Source: Nitrospirota bacterium
Lineage (GTDB): Bacteria > Nitrospirota > UBA9217
DNA: 64,000 nt
NCBI GenBank assembly: GCA_963737155.1
Contig: CAVTRN010000002.1
Span: forward strand, 352,001-416,000
Direction: 5' to 3'
Shown here: positions 9,940-21,643 of the stretch, piece by piece
Position numbering within the stretch: position 1 is the stretch's first letter
How the letters are laid out: the number at the start of each line of letters is the position of its first letter
Program-made: the position numbers and the translations under genes
The notes under the pieces: model-generated
Told to the model about the DNA's origin: nothing
The model's database searches: none
What the model saw: only the letters and a program-made list of their open reading frames with translations

Positions 9940-11541
9940 ATGAAAATCAGGGACATATCAATAAAATGGAAGCTTGCTGTACCGATTCTTTTTTTTATAG
10001 TCGTGGGAGTTACTATCACGACCGTAGTGACGGGGTATAAAACAGAGTCCATTGTTCTTCACGAAGTGGAGCGTTCGACTCTTTCGGGATACAGGGATAC
10101 TATTCTGAATACCCTCACGACTATGATGATAGCAAACAATATTAAAGATACCAAAAAGCCGTTCCTCGAGCAGATGCAGAGCATCGTGGATCTGCGTGTC
10201 ATCCGGTCGGAGAACGTCGACAGAGACTTTGGGAAAAGTAATGCCGAAGATTACACCGCCGATGACCTGGACCGTGATGTTATCGAAAAAGGAGTGGAAA
10301 GGGTCGTCGTGGAAGGAGATTCCATCCGGGGAGTATATCCTTATATTGCAAAAGAAAATTTCATGGGCAAAAATTGCCTTTCTTGTCACAACGTGAAGGA
10401 AGGAACGGTACTGGGAGCCATCAGCATCAAAGTGCCACTCAGTGAATCCTTCGGCAGGATACGGGCGATGCAGTATCTTTATGGTGTGCTGGGGCTGTGC
10501 GGCATTATTGTAATGACCATCATTGTCTTGGTTCTTGTCCACTTAAACCTTTCACCCATGAAGGACCTGATCGCAAAGGTGAGGCGGGTCGGGGAAGGAT
10601 ATATCGATACATCACTCTACCGAGAAGGCAAAGACGAAATAGCTCAAATGTCGCAGAATGTGGACATGGTCATCAAACATTTTTCACACATGCTTAATAC
10701 CATCATTAAGACTTCCGCCAAAATAATGCCGGCGGTAGACATAGTCAGGGGTCATGCTAATGTCACTTCGGAAGGGGCGAAAAAACAGGCGGGCCAGGCA
10801 CATGCGATTGCGGCGGCTGCCGAAGAGATGAACCAGACCATCGCGGACATAGCAAAAAATGCGGGGGAATCCGCCGACAACTCAAAGGAAGCCTTGGAAA
10901 TAGTGGAAAGCGGGAAACAGATAACGAACATTTCCGTAGACACGATCAATGAGCTTAACGGCTCGACACTTGAGCTCTCAAATACAATCGAAAAGCTGAA
11001 CAAAAGGGCATCGGAGATCGGAAACATCGTGACAGTCATCAAAGGCATCGCGGACCAGACGAATCTCCTTGCTTTGAATGCAGCAATAGAGGCTGCACGG
11101 GCCGGGGAACAGGGAAGAGGGTTTGCTGTAGTGGCTGACGAGGTAAGAAAACTGGCGGAAAGGACTATTCAGGCGACCGAGGAGATCTCAACGGAAATCG
11201 GCGCTATACAGTCCGAGTCCAGCCAGACAGCAGCTTCGATGGCAGAATCAGCAAAAGGGGTGACAAAGGCCGGTGGACATATCAAGAACCTGAACAATGT
11301 TCTTGAGACCATCGTGGAGTCGATTACGAAGGTGAAGGACCAGATCAATCAGATTGCAACAGCAGTAGAGGAGCAGTCGGCAACGGCGGCAGAAATATCG
11401 AAAAATATTGAATCCACCTCAACCATTTCGAGGGACATGGAAAAAATGGCAGACAAGGTTACCGGTGAAGTGCAGCATCTTTCGGGAATCGCCGCGGAGC
11501 TGGGCAGAGCTACCGCCGATATTAAAACCGTCAGTAGCTAA
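9940..11541 (+). CDS. methyl-accepting chemotaxis protein with periplasmic c-type heme sensor
   Basis: CLSCH in periplasmic domain; HAMP; [38 protein letters not shown]. Confidence 0.95.
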   Translation: MKIRDISIKWKLAVPILFFIVVGVTITTVVTGYKTESIVLHEVERSTLSGYRDTILNTLTTMMIANNIKDTKKPFLEQMQSIVDLRVIRSENVDRDFGKSNAEDYTADDLDRDVIEKGVERVVVEGDSIRGVYPYIAKENFMGKNCLSCHNVKEGTVLGAISIKVPLSESFGRIRAMQYLYGVLGLCGIIVMTIIVLVLVHLNLSPMKDLIAKVRRVGEGYIDTSLYREGKDEIAQMSQNVDMVIKHFSHMLNTIIKTSAKIMPAVDIVRGHANVTSEGAKKQAGQAHAIAAAAEEMNQTIADIAKNAGESADNSKEALEIVESGKQITNISVDTINELNGSTLELSNTIEKLNKRASEIGNIVTVIKGIADQTNLLALNAAIEAARAGEQGRGFAVVADEVRKLAERTIQATEEISTEIGAIQSESSQTAASMAESAKGVTKAGGHIKNLNNVLETIVESITKVKDQINQIATAVEEQSATAAEISKNIESTSTISRDMEKMADKVTGEVQHLSGIAAELGRATADIKTVSS

Positions 11542-11780
11542 TTATTTACGATGGCCGAAACTACCGTCGCATGACCTCCATCCTCAGTGATGGCAAGGGT
11601 TGTGTTTTCATTGGTCATAAACGTCATAACGTTTTCGGCGTTCTTAGATGAATCGGTTCAGCACTAGAAAGGATGTTTCGTCATATGCTTTTGTTATCAT
11701 AAGTACATATGTCAGAGCAAGCATCAGTTCAAAAATTAGTAACGTGATATCTGCGATTTGTCATTGGCGAAAGGATATAC

Positions 11781-12719
11781 ATGATAACCGCTAAATCTCA
11801 CGGTATGAGAAATGCAGTCGCGGTTGCGTTGTTACTTCTTGGTTGTGGGACATTCGCAAACATGTACCTGAAGAATCGAGTTATCGCTAGGCTTGGCTTT
11901 TACGAGGTTAGCCGGCAGATTGTCGAGACTCCCGTCTTCTCTTTTTTACCCAGATGGTTTCTCAATAGAGCAGCTGTGTCAATCTCGCACGAACGCAACG
12001 CCGGTGTATTGAAGAGCGCGCTTGAGGTGTTTGACCCATCATTGAGATCTTTTCTGACATCGGTGCCGATAATTTTGGATTCCTCGGCAAATACCGCGAA
12101 ATCGTATCCTGCAAAAGGCTATATTGGAGTCAGTCCGGACTGGGACAATACTGTGTTTCAATCACAGTACAGGGCAATTTATGAACAAAGGGGAATGAAG
12201 CCGGAAGATCCAGTATTCATGCAACGCTTCAAGACGGATTTGTTGATACACGAATTTTTGCACATACTCCAAGTTCACCAGGGAATTGATAGCCGTTCGT
12301 GTTACGAGGTGGTTGCGCGATGGTATTTAGACCCACGATATGGCATGCCGTCTGCAAATGGCGTAGTCCATGCTGACATGACGAAAGATAAAAGACCTGA
12401 TACACTCGTGATCAATAGGGTTAAATATATAGTATGGCATGAGTTGTACAATTATCGAGGGTTACGCGATGTACCACAGGATGAGAGCTGGAAGAATATG
12501 CAATATGGCGAAAGATACCGATTGTCGGAAAAGGGAGTAGAGGAGTTTGCCTACATCGGGCAAGAAATACTTGCCAGCGGAAGTAGTTCTGGGAACTACA
12601 TTAAGACAGGTCAGTGGTGCGATAAGGATTGGAGGGACAAGAAGATGAGGTTGTTGGAGGTTTCTCCAGAAGTTATTGCACTTTTCAGGGGTGTGTTCAA
12701 TCCTAAATTGACACGGTAG
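11781..12719 (+). CDS. putative exported zincin-like metallopeptidase
   Basis: N-terminal hydrophobic segment with LLGC; LIHEFLH (HExxH); downstream EEFAY. Confidence 0.6.
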   Translation: MITAKSHGMRNAVAVALLLLGCGTFANMYLKNRVIARLGFYEVSRQIVETPVFSFLPRWFLNRAAVSISHERNAGVLKSALEVFDPSLRSFLTSVPIILDSSANTAKSYPAKGYIGVSPDWDNTVFQSQYRAIYEQRGMKPEDPVFMQRFKTDLLIHEFLHILQVHQGIDSRSCYEVVARWYLDPRYGMPSANGVVHADMTKDKRPDTLVINRVKYIVWHELYNYRGLRDVPQDESWKNMQYGERYRLSEKGVEEFAYIGQEILASGSSSGNYIKTGQWCDKDWRDKKMRLLEVSPEVIALFRGVFNPKLTR

Positions 12720-12722
12720 CAA

Positions 12723-12869
12723 GTGTCTTGTAAAGAGTTTTGTGTAAATGGTCTATTGGTTTAGAGTCCTGACATCTGTCCTTCAAACTGAATCGTAACC
12801 GGATTCAGCGTCGACTTCCATTCCCGGATCGGCACTATCCATTTCTTCGAGATGTTCTTCATGGCCAAC
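12723..12869 (-). mobile_element. IS256-family right-end remnant
   Basis: Minus strand encodes LAMKNISKKWIVPIREWKSTLNPVTIQFEGQ*, a typical IS256 transposase C-terminus, followed by the IR-like TTTACACAAAACTCTTTACA. Confidence 0.8.
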
Positions 12870-13003
12870 GAAAGATCAGCATTCTATATCCTTTAACAAG
12901 CTATGCGCGCAGATGGCTCAAGGTCAACAAAATATCATAAGGCCACGGGGCATTCCGCCATGATTTGCTAATACTAAAGAACTGCCAATGCGTTTTCCTC
13001 CCC

Positions 13004-13031
13004 TTGACAATTATTTAACTGATGCTAACCT
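13004..13031 (+). promoter_or_regulatory. sigma70-type promoter for iorAB
   Basis: TTGACA-N16-TAACCT with extended -10 TG. Confidence 0.55.
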
Positions 13032-13142
13032 GTTATCATATGGCCGGATTCGATTAGACCACATGTGTTATTCACCCCAATGATTTGATAATCAGATACT
13101 TTACACCGAGAGAATTATAATCATCACGCACGGAGGTGAGCT

Positions 13143-13616
13143 ATGATCACTCTTGAAGTCAACGGCAAAAATTATCAGGTAGATGTACTGCCGGATACAC
13201 CGCTGCTCTGGGTCATTCGGGAAGAGCTGAATCTCAAGGGCACGAAGTACGGGTGCGGGATAGCACAGTGCGGCGCCTGCACCGTGCACGTTGACGGAAA
13301 GGCGGAACGCTCCTGCCAGATTTCGGTAAAGGACGCCCAAGGCAGGAAGATTACGACCATCGAGGCACTTGGGACTGACCGGGTAGGCAAGGCGGTCCAG
13401 CAGGCGTGGATCGCGGAGGACGTGCCCCAATGCGGTTACTGCCAATCCGGCCAGATTATGCAGGCGGCGGCGCTCCTCACGCACAACCCCAAACCCCTGG
13501 ACTCTGACATCGACAACGACCTCTCAGGCAACCTCTGCCGGTGCGGCACATACCAGCGTATCCGCAAGGCCGTGCACCGTGCGGCCAGGATGCTGGCAAA
13601 AGGAGGTAAACCATGA
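13143..13616 (+). CDS. iorA: isoquinoline 1-oxidoreductase-like alpha subunit, (2Fe-2S)-binding
   Basis: [35 protein letters not shown]. Confidence 0.93.
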   Translation: MITLEVNGKNYQVDVLPDTPLLWVIREELNLKGTKYGCGIAQCGACTVHVDGKAERSCQISVKDAQGRKITTIEALGTDRVGKAVQQAWIAEDVPQCGYCQSGQIMQAAALLTHNPKPLDSDIDNDLSGNLCRCGTYQRIRKAVHRAARMLAKGGKP

Positions 13617-15778
13617 GCGAGATCATCAAGATAACCAGGCGTGATTTTTTAAAGACAGGGGCATTGGTCGGAGGAGGTTTGATACTCGGTTTTCATCTGC
13701 CGGTGCGCGAGTCTTTCAGCCAAACGCTGACACAGCCGGCTACACCCATCGTGCCGAATGCTTTCATCCGCATCGGCACTGATGATACCATAACCATCAT
13801 CGTTAACCATTCTGAAATGGGCCAGGGCGTGTACACATCGCTTCCGATGCTCATTGCTGAAGAACTTGAATGTGATTGGAGCAAAGTGCGAGTGGAGCCG
13901 GCTCCCGTGGACCCCGTATACAATCACACCGCCTTCGGCATCCAGATGACCGGCGGTAGCAGCAGCGTTTGGAGCGAGTATGATCGGCTGCGCATGGTGG
14001 GTGCCGCTGCCCGGGAGATGCTGATCGCTGCGGCTGCCAACCTGTGGAAGGTGGACAAGGAAAGCTGCCGCGCCCAGACGGGAAAAGTCATCCACAGGAG
14101 TGGCAAATCCCTCAGCTATGGGAAGCTCGCGGGCAGGGCTGCTACCTTGCCCGTGCCGCAGAACGTAAAGCTTAAAGACCCGTCGAAGTTCAAGATCATC
14201 GGGAAACCCACAGGCCGTCTCGACACGCCGGAAAAGGTAAACGGCAGGGCCGTGTTCGGACTGGATGTTTCGTTGTCCGGCATGCTCACGGCCGTGATCG
14301 CTCGGCCCCCGGTGTTCGGTGCAAAAGTAGTGAGCGTCAACGCCGATAAGTCCAAGACTGTTCCCGGAGTTCAGGATGTGGTGCAGGTGCCCTCAGGGGT
14401 GGCGGTGATCGCTTCAGGCTTCTGGCCGGCGAAGAAAGGGCGGGACGCACTTGAGATCGTCTGGGACAAAGGAGAGGGTGCGACTTTCTCAACAGCGGGC
14501 ATGCGTGATCAGTATATGAACCTGGCTAAAACCCCCGGGACTGTCGCCCGGAAAGAAGGCGACTCCGTAGATGCGCTCTCGAAGGCGGCAAAGCAAGTTA
14601 GCGCCGAGTATGAAGTCCCCTACCTTTCCCATGCAACCATGGAGACATTGAACTGTCTGGTTGATCTGCGCACCGATAGCTGTGAAATCTGGACCGGTAC
14701 GCAATTTCAGACCGTTGATCGGGATGCCGCTGCACGAGTTGCGGGTCTTGAACCCGAGAAGGTGAGGATTCACACGACGTTTCTCGGAGGCGGTTTCGGC
14801 CGCCGTGCTAACCCCCGATCCGATTTCGTCATTGAGGCGGTGCAGGTCGCGAAAGCGGTTGGGAAACCGGTCAAGGTGGTCTGGACCCGTGAGGACGACA
14901 TTACAGGAGGCTATTACCGCCCGATGTGGCGCGACCAGATCGCTGCAGGACTCGATGAGGGCGGAAGCCTGGTCGCCTGGCAGCATACGATCGTTGGACA
15001 ATCGATTCTGAGCGGGACACTGTTTGAACAAATGCTCGTCAAGAACGGCGTGGACGGGACGTCAGTTGAAGGGGCCAAAGACATTCCTTACGGAATCCCG
15101 AACATTCTTGTCGACCTGCACAGTCCGAAGCTCGCGGTACCGGTGCTCTGGTGGCGCTCTGTCGGCCATTCTCATACCGCTTTTGTCGTCGAAAGCTTCA
15201 TGGACGAGGTGGCGTACGCGGCCGGCAAGGACCCCTATGAACTGCGCCGCGTGCTCCTCGCCGGTCACCCACGCCACCTCGGCGTGTTGAACCTCGCCGT
15301 GCAGAAGGCGGGCTGGGGCATGCCGCTTCCGACAGGACGGGCGCGCGGCATCGCTGTGCACGATTCATTCGGCAGTTACGTCGCGCAGGTGGCGGAGGTG
15401 TCGGTGAGCCCCGCAGGGCAGGCGCGCGTGCACAAGGTGGTGTGTGCCGTGGACTGCGGTCAGTTCGTCAACCCCGACACTATCAAAGCACAGATGGAGG
15501 GGGGGATCGTCTTTGGCCTTTCCGCCGCACTTTACGGTGCGATCACTTTCAAGGATGGCCGGGTGGAGCAGAGCAATTTCGACGACTATCATCTCCTGCG
15601 TTTGAACGAAATGCCCGAAGTCGAGGTATACATTATGCCAAGTACGGAAAAGCCAGGCGGCATCGGGGAGCCGGGTGTGCCACCGATTGCTCCGGCTGTC
15701 TGTAATGCCATATTCACCTTGACCGGCAAACGCATCCGTCGGCTGCCTATTCGGGTCGAAGAACTGAAAATGGCATAA
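13613..15778 (+). CDS. iorB: isoquinoline 1-oxidoreductase-like beta subunit (xanthine oxidase family, molybdopterin), Tat-exported
   Basis: TRRDFLK Tat motif; SEMGQG, TGGSSS, GGGFGRR, WWRSVG, GIGEPG; ATGA overlap with iorA. Confidence 0.93.
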   Translation: MSEIIKITRRDFLKTGALVGGGLILGFHLPVRESFSQTLTQPATPIVPNAFIRIGTDDTITIIVNHSEMGQGVYTSLPMLIAEELECDWSKVRVEPAPVDPVYNHTAFGIQMTGGSSSVWSEYDRLRMVGAAAREMLIAAAANLWKVDKESCRAQTGKVIHRSGKSLSYGKLAGRAATLPVPQNVKLKDPSKFKIIGKPTGRLDTPEKVNGRAVFGLDVSLSGMLTAVIARPPVFGAKVVSVNADKSKTVPGVQDVVQVPSGVAVIASGFWPAKKGRDALEIVWDKGEGATFSTAGMRDQYMNLAKTPGTVARKEGDSVDALSKAAKQVSAEYEVPYLSHATMETLNCLVDLRTDSCEIWTGTQFQTVDRDAAARVAGLEPEKVRIHTTFLGGGFGRRANPRSDFVIEAVQVAKAVGKPVKVVWTREDDITGGYYRPMWRDQIAAGLDEGGSLVAWQHTIVGQSILSGTLFEQMLVKNGVDGTSVEGAKDIPYGIPNILVDLHSPKLAVPVLWWRSVGHSHTAFVVESFMDEVAYAAGKDPYELRRVLLAGHPRHLGVLNLAVQKAGWGMPLPTGRARGIAVHDSFGSYVAQVAEVSVSPAGQARVHKVVCAVDCGQFVNPDTIKAQMEGGIVFGLSAALYGAITFKDGRVEQSNFDDYHLLRLNEMPEVEVYIMPSTEKPGGIGEPGVPPIAPAVCNAIFTLTGKRIRRLPIRVEELKMA

Positions 15779-16203
15779 CTGCGGTGGAGTGAGCTCTCCC
15801 CAATTATTGTACAAGGTGGAATATTGAACGGTGGCTCGAGGGGCTAGCTGCCGCATTGCCCGCACCTCAATTCGCTGTTATATCTTAGGCGCGTATTTGA
15901 AAATAAAATAGTCCTGCTTGATGTTGGTTATATTTTTTTCCCAAGGCCATCTCTCCTCGACGCCGGCAGAAGTCCGATTTTGAGTTATTTTTATTGAAAT
16001 TGATCCGCACAAAAGACATGGAATAAACAGTATAGATTATTTAAAACTTGCAAAGATGCCGAAGAGAGCGCCAAAGGGAAGGAGAGGCATGAATGTAGTG
16101 AGAGAGGCCAGCGGCGTATTTTGCATTAATGAGTATCGGAGCTGACACTCTATCTGAAACTACGTTGCTGGATTTCTGGGTGTTGTCAAAGAGGGGAGAG
16201 ATA

Positions 16204-16701
16204 ATGGCAAGCGATAGAGTCGAGTGGGCGGGATGGCCGATTGTGGTGCATTCCACGCGAACGGCTGTGGCAGCTGTGGCATCAGTCTTGGCAGCACGGT
16301 TATTCCGACTGCCGGAAGCATATTGGGCAGCGATTACAACCCTAGTAATCACACAGTCATCGCTCGGTACAGCGCTCACCGTTTCCTGGCAGCGATTCGT
16401 CGGAACAGCGCTTGGAGCGGTCGTCGGTGCGATTGTGGCGAGTCACTTTGGGCCGGACGTGCTTGTCTTCGGTATTTGCGTCTTCATTCTGGGGCTGCTT
16501 TGCGCTGTGGCGCAGTCGGATCGAAGCGCATATCGCTTTGGAGGCGTTACGCTGGCTATTGTATTGTTGGTGCCGCGAACGGGTCCTGCATGGAGTATCG
16601 CTTTTCATCGGTTCGCCGAAGTGTCCATCGGACTTGCGATGGCGCTGATTTTGGCGTGGGTATGGCCTGAGAGGGAACTCACATCATCGGGGAAAGTTTG
16701 A
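16204..16701 (+). CDS. FUSC / aromatic acid exporter family membrane protein
   Basis: EAYWAAITTLVITQS, QRFVGTALGA, RFAEVSIG; GAGGGGAG RBS before 16204. Confidence 0.85.
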   Translation: MASDRVEWAGWPIVVHSTRTAVAAVASVLAARLFRLPEAYWAAITTLVITQSSLGTALTVSWQRFVGTALGAVVGAIVASHFGPDVLVFGICVFILGLLCAVAQSDRSAYRFGGVTLAIVLLVPRTGPAWSIAFHRFAEVSIGLAMALILAWVWPERELTSSGKV

Positions 16702-17022
16702 ATTCTTCCTTATTCATAACCAGAACCTGCGCGGCTCCTTCACCTGGATGCCGGCACCATCGTGTTCGGATGGCTGGAGCAGCCAGAGCGTTAATTATGG
16801 TAGACACGGTGTTTCCTCTGTAGCGGGTCGCAGACGTGCATCGTGCCCTCGAAACCAGCCAAGTCGTAGGCAATCGGTTCTCACAGTGCAGTAATGGGGG
16901 CCGATACTCCGCCATTTCAATACCGGACAGCCGTATACTGCTTAGCTTCCTGTTATGATATGCATCATAACGCATTGGCGAATAATAATATATCATGGCA
17001 CCATGATCCGAAGGACATTATT

Positions 17023-18147
17023 ATGAACCGCTTCTTATTTTTCCCCCATGCGCTCACAGTCCGGAAGCGAACAATGTTCATCGCTGCGGTCGCTTTTGCA
17101 CTGTTTGTCGTGATATCATGCTCAACCAGGCACGTCCCTTCGCTGACAGCATTATCAATCAAATACCGACCTATCAAGATCGCAACGCATATTCAGGAAC
17201 AACCAGGCAGCTTTGCATGGTCTAACGATGGAAGAACCCTTGCATTTGTAAAGAAGGGAATGATAAATCTGTATAATGTAGGATCACCAGGAGTGAGGTC
17301 TATACGGCTAAACGGCGCTCATTCTATAAGCTGGTCACCAGAAAATACCCTTTTCGTCCTTGCGAAGGATAGCGGGAAGGATATTCTTTGTACGATCGAC
17401 CGCAATAGCCTCGAAATTTCGGAAACATCCGTCGATGCAGGTGCTGAGGCCGTTTATGCCACGGACGACAACCGTCATCTGCTCGTGTTATCAAAACGTA
17501 TCAGACAGTTTTCATTCGGAACAGAGATCGCGCTTTGTCTGACTTCGTACAAAAAGGATGCTAGCACTCCAAAAATCCTCTACGAATCCACCGAAACCTA
17601 CACGATCGACAAGCCTGATCTGCGCGCCATGTTGGCATGGACACATGCAGGCCTGCGCCCCGTAGATAATTCGCTGCTGGTTATCGAGCACATCGAGCCT
17701 CCTGAAGTCGCCCCCTATTCCCGCGTGATCATGATCGATACTGTAAGCGGGGAGACAACGAAGATCTCCGGCCGGCTGCCTAACACAATTTTTGTTTCTG
17801 CGAGATGGTCTCCTGACGGGAACATGGTAGCTTTGACTAGGGGAGATGGTAATCTTGAGATTCGAACTGTCCGCACCAACCAGCGAGTTCTATACCAATC
17901 GACCCCAGGGTTTTACCCGACTTGGAACCCGCAGGGAAATATAATTTATACCGGCGGAAATTTGGTCCCCCTTGATGGAAAGGAACCTGAGGCGCTTCTA
18001 TTAAACGATGCATGGAGCATCGCTCTATGGTCTCCTGACGGCACAATGCTTGCCGCATCCGCAGAGGGAGACCTTTGGTTGTTCAGGGACATGAGCCCAG
18101 TTTCAGACCGGCCCAATGCCAAACGTGATTGGACATTCTTGAAATAA
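17023..18147 (+). CDS. TolB/WD40-like beta-propeller lipoprotein
   Basis: Repeated WSNDG, WSPEN, WSPDG, WNPQG blades; lipobox-like VISC; AAGGA RBS. Confidence 0.75.
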   Translation: MNRFLFFPHALTVRKRTMFIAAVAFALFVVISCSTRHVPSLTALSIKYRPIKIATHIQEQPGSFAWSNDGRTLAFVKKGMINLYNVGSPGVRSIRLNGAHSISWSPENTLFVLAKDSGKDILCTIDRNSLEISETSVDAGAEAVYATDDNRHLLVLSKRIRQFSFGTEIALCLTSYKKDASTPKILYESTETYTIDKPDLRAMLAWTHAGLRPVDNSLLVIEHIEPPEVAPYSRVIMIDTVSGETTKISGRLPNTIFVSARWSPDGNMVALTRGDGNLEIRTVRTNQRVLYQSTPGFYPTWNPQGNIIYTGGNLVPLDGKEPEALLLNDAWSIALWSPDGTMLAASAEGDLWLFRDMSPVSDRPNAKRDWTFLK

Positions 18148-18563
18148 ATGCAGCTATTGCGGGACCCATTCCTCGAGAGGCTTACCACGCCCCAAGAATA
18201 TCAAGAATGGAAGGGCAACCTTTTGAAAAAGAACTTATGGCTAATATGTTTATTTTCTAATCGCTTTCATCACAACAAAGCTGCCACTCATAGCGCAGTT
18301 ATCTTTTACCGACGATCCGCAAGGGGAAATGCCTGTACTATCATACGACCATTTAGCAGCCCGCAGATAATAACTGACACTTCCAGCGTTTATGGCCATG
18401 GCGCATGTTACATTGAAAGATGTTTATTTATGTTCTTCGCAGACGTGGTTGTCTGTATTCAGTGTCATCCAAGGTGAAATGATCAGGGTTCCCGCCAAAC
18501 AGAATATGCCCCATCTCATCTCTTTTTTGTGCCTACATATAACACCTTTCAAACTCGTATAAA

Positions 18564-19619
18564 TTATTTATTAGATTTTGCATGACTAAGTGTTCCATCA
18601 AACTTGGTGTATTGAATACCGTCAAGATTTATATTCCTTTCAAAAAGCGCTTTTTTTTGAGATTGACCATTTTTAAACTCTTCGCTGACATGGACTGTAA
18701 ATGTGAGGCTTTTACCGCTACAGTAATAGTACCACTCAACCCCATGCCCCTGTGGCGTGGAACCATTCGAGAAAAGAGATGTACCATTATCTTTATCGAC
18801 ACCGTTAAAATAAAGGTATTGTTGCTTCTCTATATAATCTACCAAAGCAATCGGGGTAACTTCTTCAAGAGAATAATACCAGCGGTCCTCGCCGGCATAT
18901 TTAATTATAACGAATTTATTGTTTATTAAAGTCCCTTGCCCTCCACTTTTATAGCAGAGAGTGTTTGCATATTGGAAAATGTTTATGTCGCTAATTACTG
19001 CGTTTTTACTGAAGCTATCACTACCATCGCCAGGCTTAATAATATATTTAGCTGTCTGATATATACTGCCATTTGATAAAGGAACAACTTTATTCTCCGG
19101 TGGTATATATCTGCTCTTGTAGACAAAATGTTGAGGTTTATTGTGTTTAATTACGATCGCTTTTATTTTACTAATATTGTTATCACGTCGTTGACCATTT
19201 TCATAAGCCTTATAAATATTAGTTATCTCAAATACACCCTTACACCTGTATTTTGTTAAATACTGTAAAATCTGTTTATTCTCCTCAACTTCTTTCCACT
19301 GTGAGGTTATATTGCCGGTATTTTTATTTAATAAAAACGTTTGTCTCTGTATTTTCCCCTTATTTTGAGAACATATTTCGCTCAAGTTGTCATATAACCC
19401 TGCATTTGTGTTTCCATCTAAACCATCATTCAGAGGTATAACAAGAGTATAATGGTCATCAATAGGGATAACCTCGTTTGTGTTTATTGAGTCAACAAGC
19501 GCATCCCGGACATTTACGATTTCATATGCATATGAATTATGTAATAGAGACAGGGACATTATCAACGCGAATACTATTAACCTTAAAATAAAAATTATGT
19601 TAGACGTGGATATTTTCAT
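18564..19619 (-). CDS. AT-rich secreted hypothetical protein
   Basis: 351-aa ORF, signal peptide ending SYA, markedly lower GC than neighbours. Confidence 0.75.
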   Translation of the reverse strand: MKISTSNIIFILRLIVFALIMSLSLLHNSYAYEIVNVRDALVDSINTNEVIPIDDHYTLVIPLNDGLDGNTNAGLYDNLSEICSQNKGKIQRQTFLLNKNTGNITSQWKEVEENKQILQYLTKYRCKGVFEITNIYKAYENGQRRDNNISKIKAIVIKHNKPQHFVYKSRYIPPENKVVPLSNGSIYQTAKYIIKPGDGSDSFSKNAVISDINIFQYANTLCYKSGGQGTLINNKFVIIKYAGEDRWYYSLEEVTPIALVDYIEKQQYLYFNGVDKDNGTSLFSNGSTPQGHGVEWYYYCSGKSLTFTVHVSEEFKNGQSQKKALFERNINLDGIQYTKFDGTLSHAKSNK

Positions 19620-20252
19620 TGAAATGATACTCTATATGCCTCTTTTGATAATATTAATATCATTTGATATTTATTATCGTCAGTTTGCTCTAAATGAATG
19701 CTGGCTTGTCTCGAATAACCGCAGCCAAATGATTTATATTTCGCGGGCCAACTTTCAGTTTCACCATAAGGTTAGCATCGGGATACCGAAGGATATAGCT
19801 ATATTAGCGATATCCTGAATATTCATTTTCTCTCCCATATATACCGCCCGATAGCCGGATTTGACCGTCGTTTATTGGGACGTTGCGAGATGGTCGGGGT
19901 GGATCATGCCGTTCGGCGACCTCGGTTCATAAGGGAATATGCTTTATCCATGGGGTCTTCCGCGTACAGTATATCTTTTAACCAAACGACATTAACATGG
20001 TTTATCATCGGATTGCTTTCCCTTAAGTCTCATTATCTCCTCTTAAATCGTGCGGCGCGGACTGACAGGGACAACCTCTATTTGTTTCCTATAGCATTAG
20101 TAAAATAAAGAAAACAAGAAGAATATAACAATGAGAGCTGTAACAGTTATAAAAGTGCTAATGGCAAGGCTTTTTTGGCCATGTACTTCTACTTTGTTAG
20201 TATTTTCTGGGTCCGCGTTTACGCAGCCCAGGAGACAAACGAAATGGCACCC

Positions 20253-20735
20253 TTAAAGCCAACGGCGCACACTTGATTTGTATCTAAGATATTCCTTCCC
20301 GAAACGGCGCTCCAAATACCGCTCTTCTTGCACAATAGCTAAGTAGTGCACTAAAACGACTACAACAGGTACCAGTAATAGTACCCAGAAATCATCGAGC
20401 CACAGCGTTAGCCCGATATAGAGGAAGACAAGGCTTAAGTACATCGGGTTCCTAGAGAATCGATAGGGACCGTTCGTAATGAGTGCCGTGGTCGGCTTAA
20501 TGGGCAAAGGGCTGGTGCCGGCGCGCCGGAACATGACGAAGCTCGAAGCGGCCAGCATTGCGGAAACAGCGAAACTCACAACTGATATAAAACGACCCAA
20601 TACCCGCGGGATTACTATTATGGGAAAGAGATGCTGCAGTTGAATACCGGCGACGAACACACCTATAAAGATAAGTGGTGGTGGGAATCGCACTCCTGGC
20701 ACATCACTCGGGTTTCGGCGTGACAATTTGACCAT
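20253..20735 (-). CDS. isoprenylcysteine carboxylmethyltransferase (ICMT/PEMT) family protein
   Basis: GPYRFSRNPMYL, EERYLERRFGKEYLRYKSSVRRW. Confidence 0.92.
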   Translation of the reverse strand: MVKLSRRNPSDVPGVRFPPPLIFIGVFVAGIQLQHLFPIIVIPRVLGRFISVVSFAVSAMLAASSFVMFRRAGTSPLPIKPTTALITNGPYRFSRNPMYLSLVFLYIGLTLWLDDFWVLLLVPVVVVLVHYLAIVQEERYLERRFGKEYLRYKSSVRRWL

Positions 20736-21139
20736 AGCGACCTGTCAACGGCATGGGCCGATCTTTGAACCCAAGCACGTAATTTATATTGCCTTCTCTT
20801 CTGCACCTTGCATTTAGCACTGCCGTAACATCTTCGAAGCCCGCAAAATTCAATTGATTATATCATAGAATAAATTATTCCACATTTCAATTCGAAGTGT
20901 GGACATGGTAGCATGGATATTTAGGGGGAAAATATTGTCAGCTACGATATGAAAACTGCTGTGTTTGACAGAATGGCAACTACAGCAAGGTATCTTATTT
21001 ATCATGGCACAAGCAAACAAAGATTAATCGGAATTTATCAGTAAGCCGGCCGATCAGACGATCCTGAACTTCACTTACAAGTCCATAATTTTAATAAACA
21101 ACTAACAAGCTCCGGCTGAAACATACAACCGTAGTATCG

Positions 21140-21545
21140 TCACAGATGAGGCGCATGAGTACCCAACCAGTAGTCTAATATGCGCTTTATATCTTTTCTG
21201 AATTGATTGAGGTCTGTTGTTTTGTGCAGAAAATTGTTAGCTCCCGCCCTGACGGCTGGCTGTTCTTCCGATTCCAGAAATGAGTTCGTGACGATGACCA
21301 CTGGATTGTGCTCAATCTCTCGTCGTCACGTATTTTGTGCAGAATTTCGATGCCATCCATCCCGGGCATTTTCAGGTCGAGAAGCATCAGCTCCGGTGAA
21401 GTTTTCTTCCGCGTATGAGCGCCAGACCAGCTTATCCGCTAAAGGCGACTTCCGTCCTTAGATCCCGCCTGGTCTTAGATAGTTCCAGCTTCATCAACGG
21501 GACATCGTCCTCGTTGTCATCGATGATGAGGATTGCTGGTTGCAT
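21140..21545 (-). pseudogene. single-domain response regulator pseudogene, paralog of 52415-52834
   Basis: MQPAILIIDDNEDD...FSG* has a premature stop, then frameshifted LLDLKMPGMDGIE and further shifts. Confidence 0.88.
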
Positions 21546-21643
21546 GGTAATCTCCAATAAATGAGGATTGCATAACGAGGACTATTGATGGAGAACGAAG
21601 ATATCGGCATCATGTCTTCAGTTATTCACGGAGTTCTTGTTCT

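Noticed and set aside
13101-15865. Many antisense and alternate-frame ORFs over iorAB (likewise over pgi, the kinases, cls and mod genes)
   Set aside because: Shadow ORFs expected in GC-rich coding sequence; the main frame carries all the family motifs
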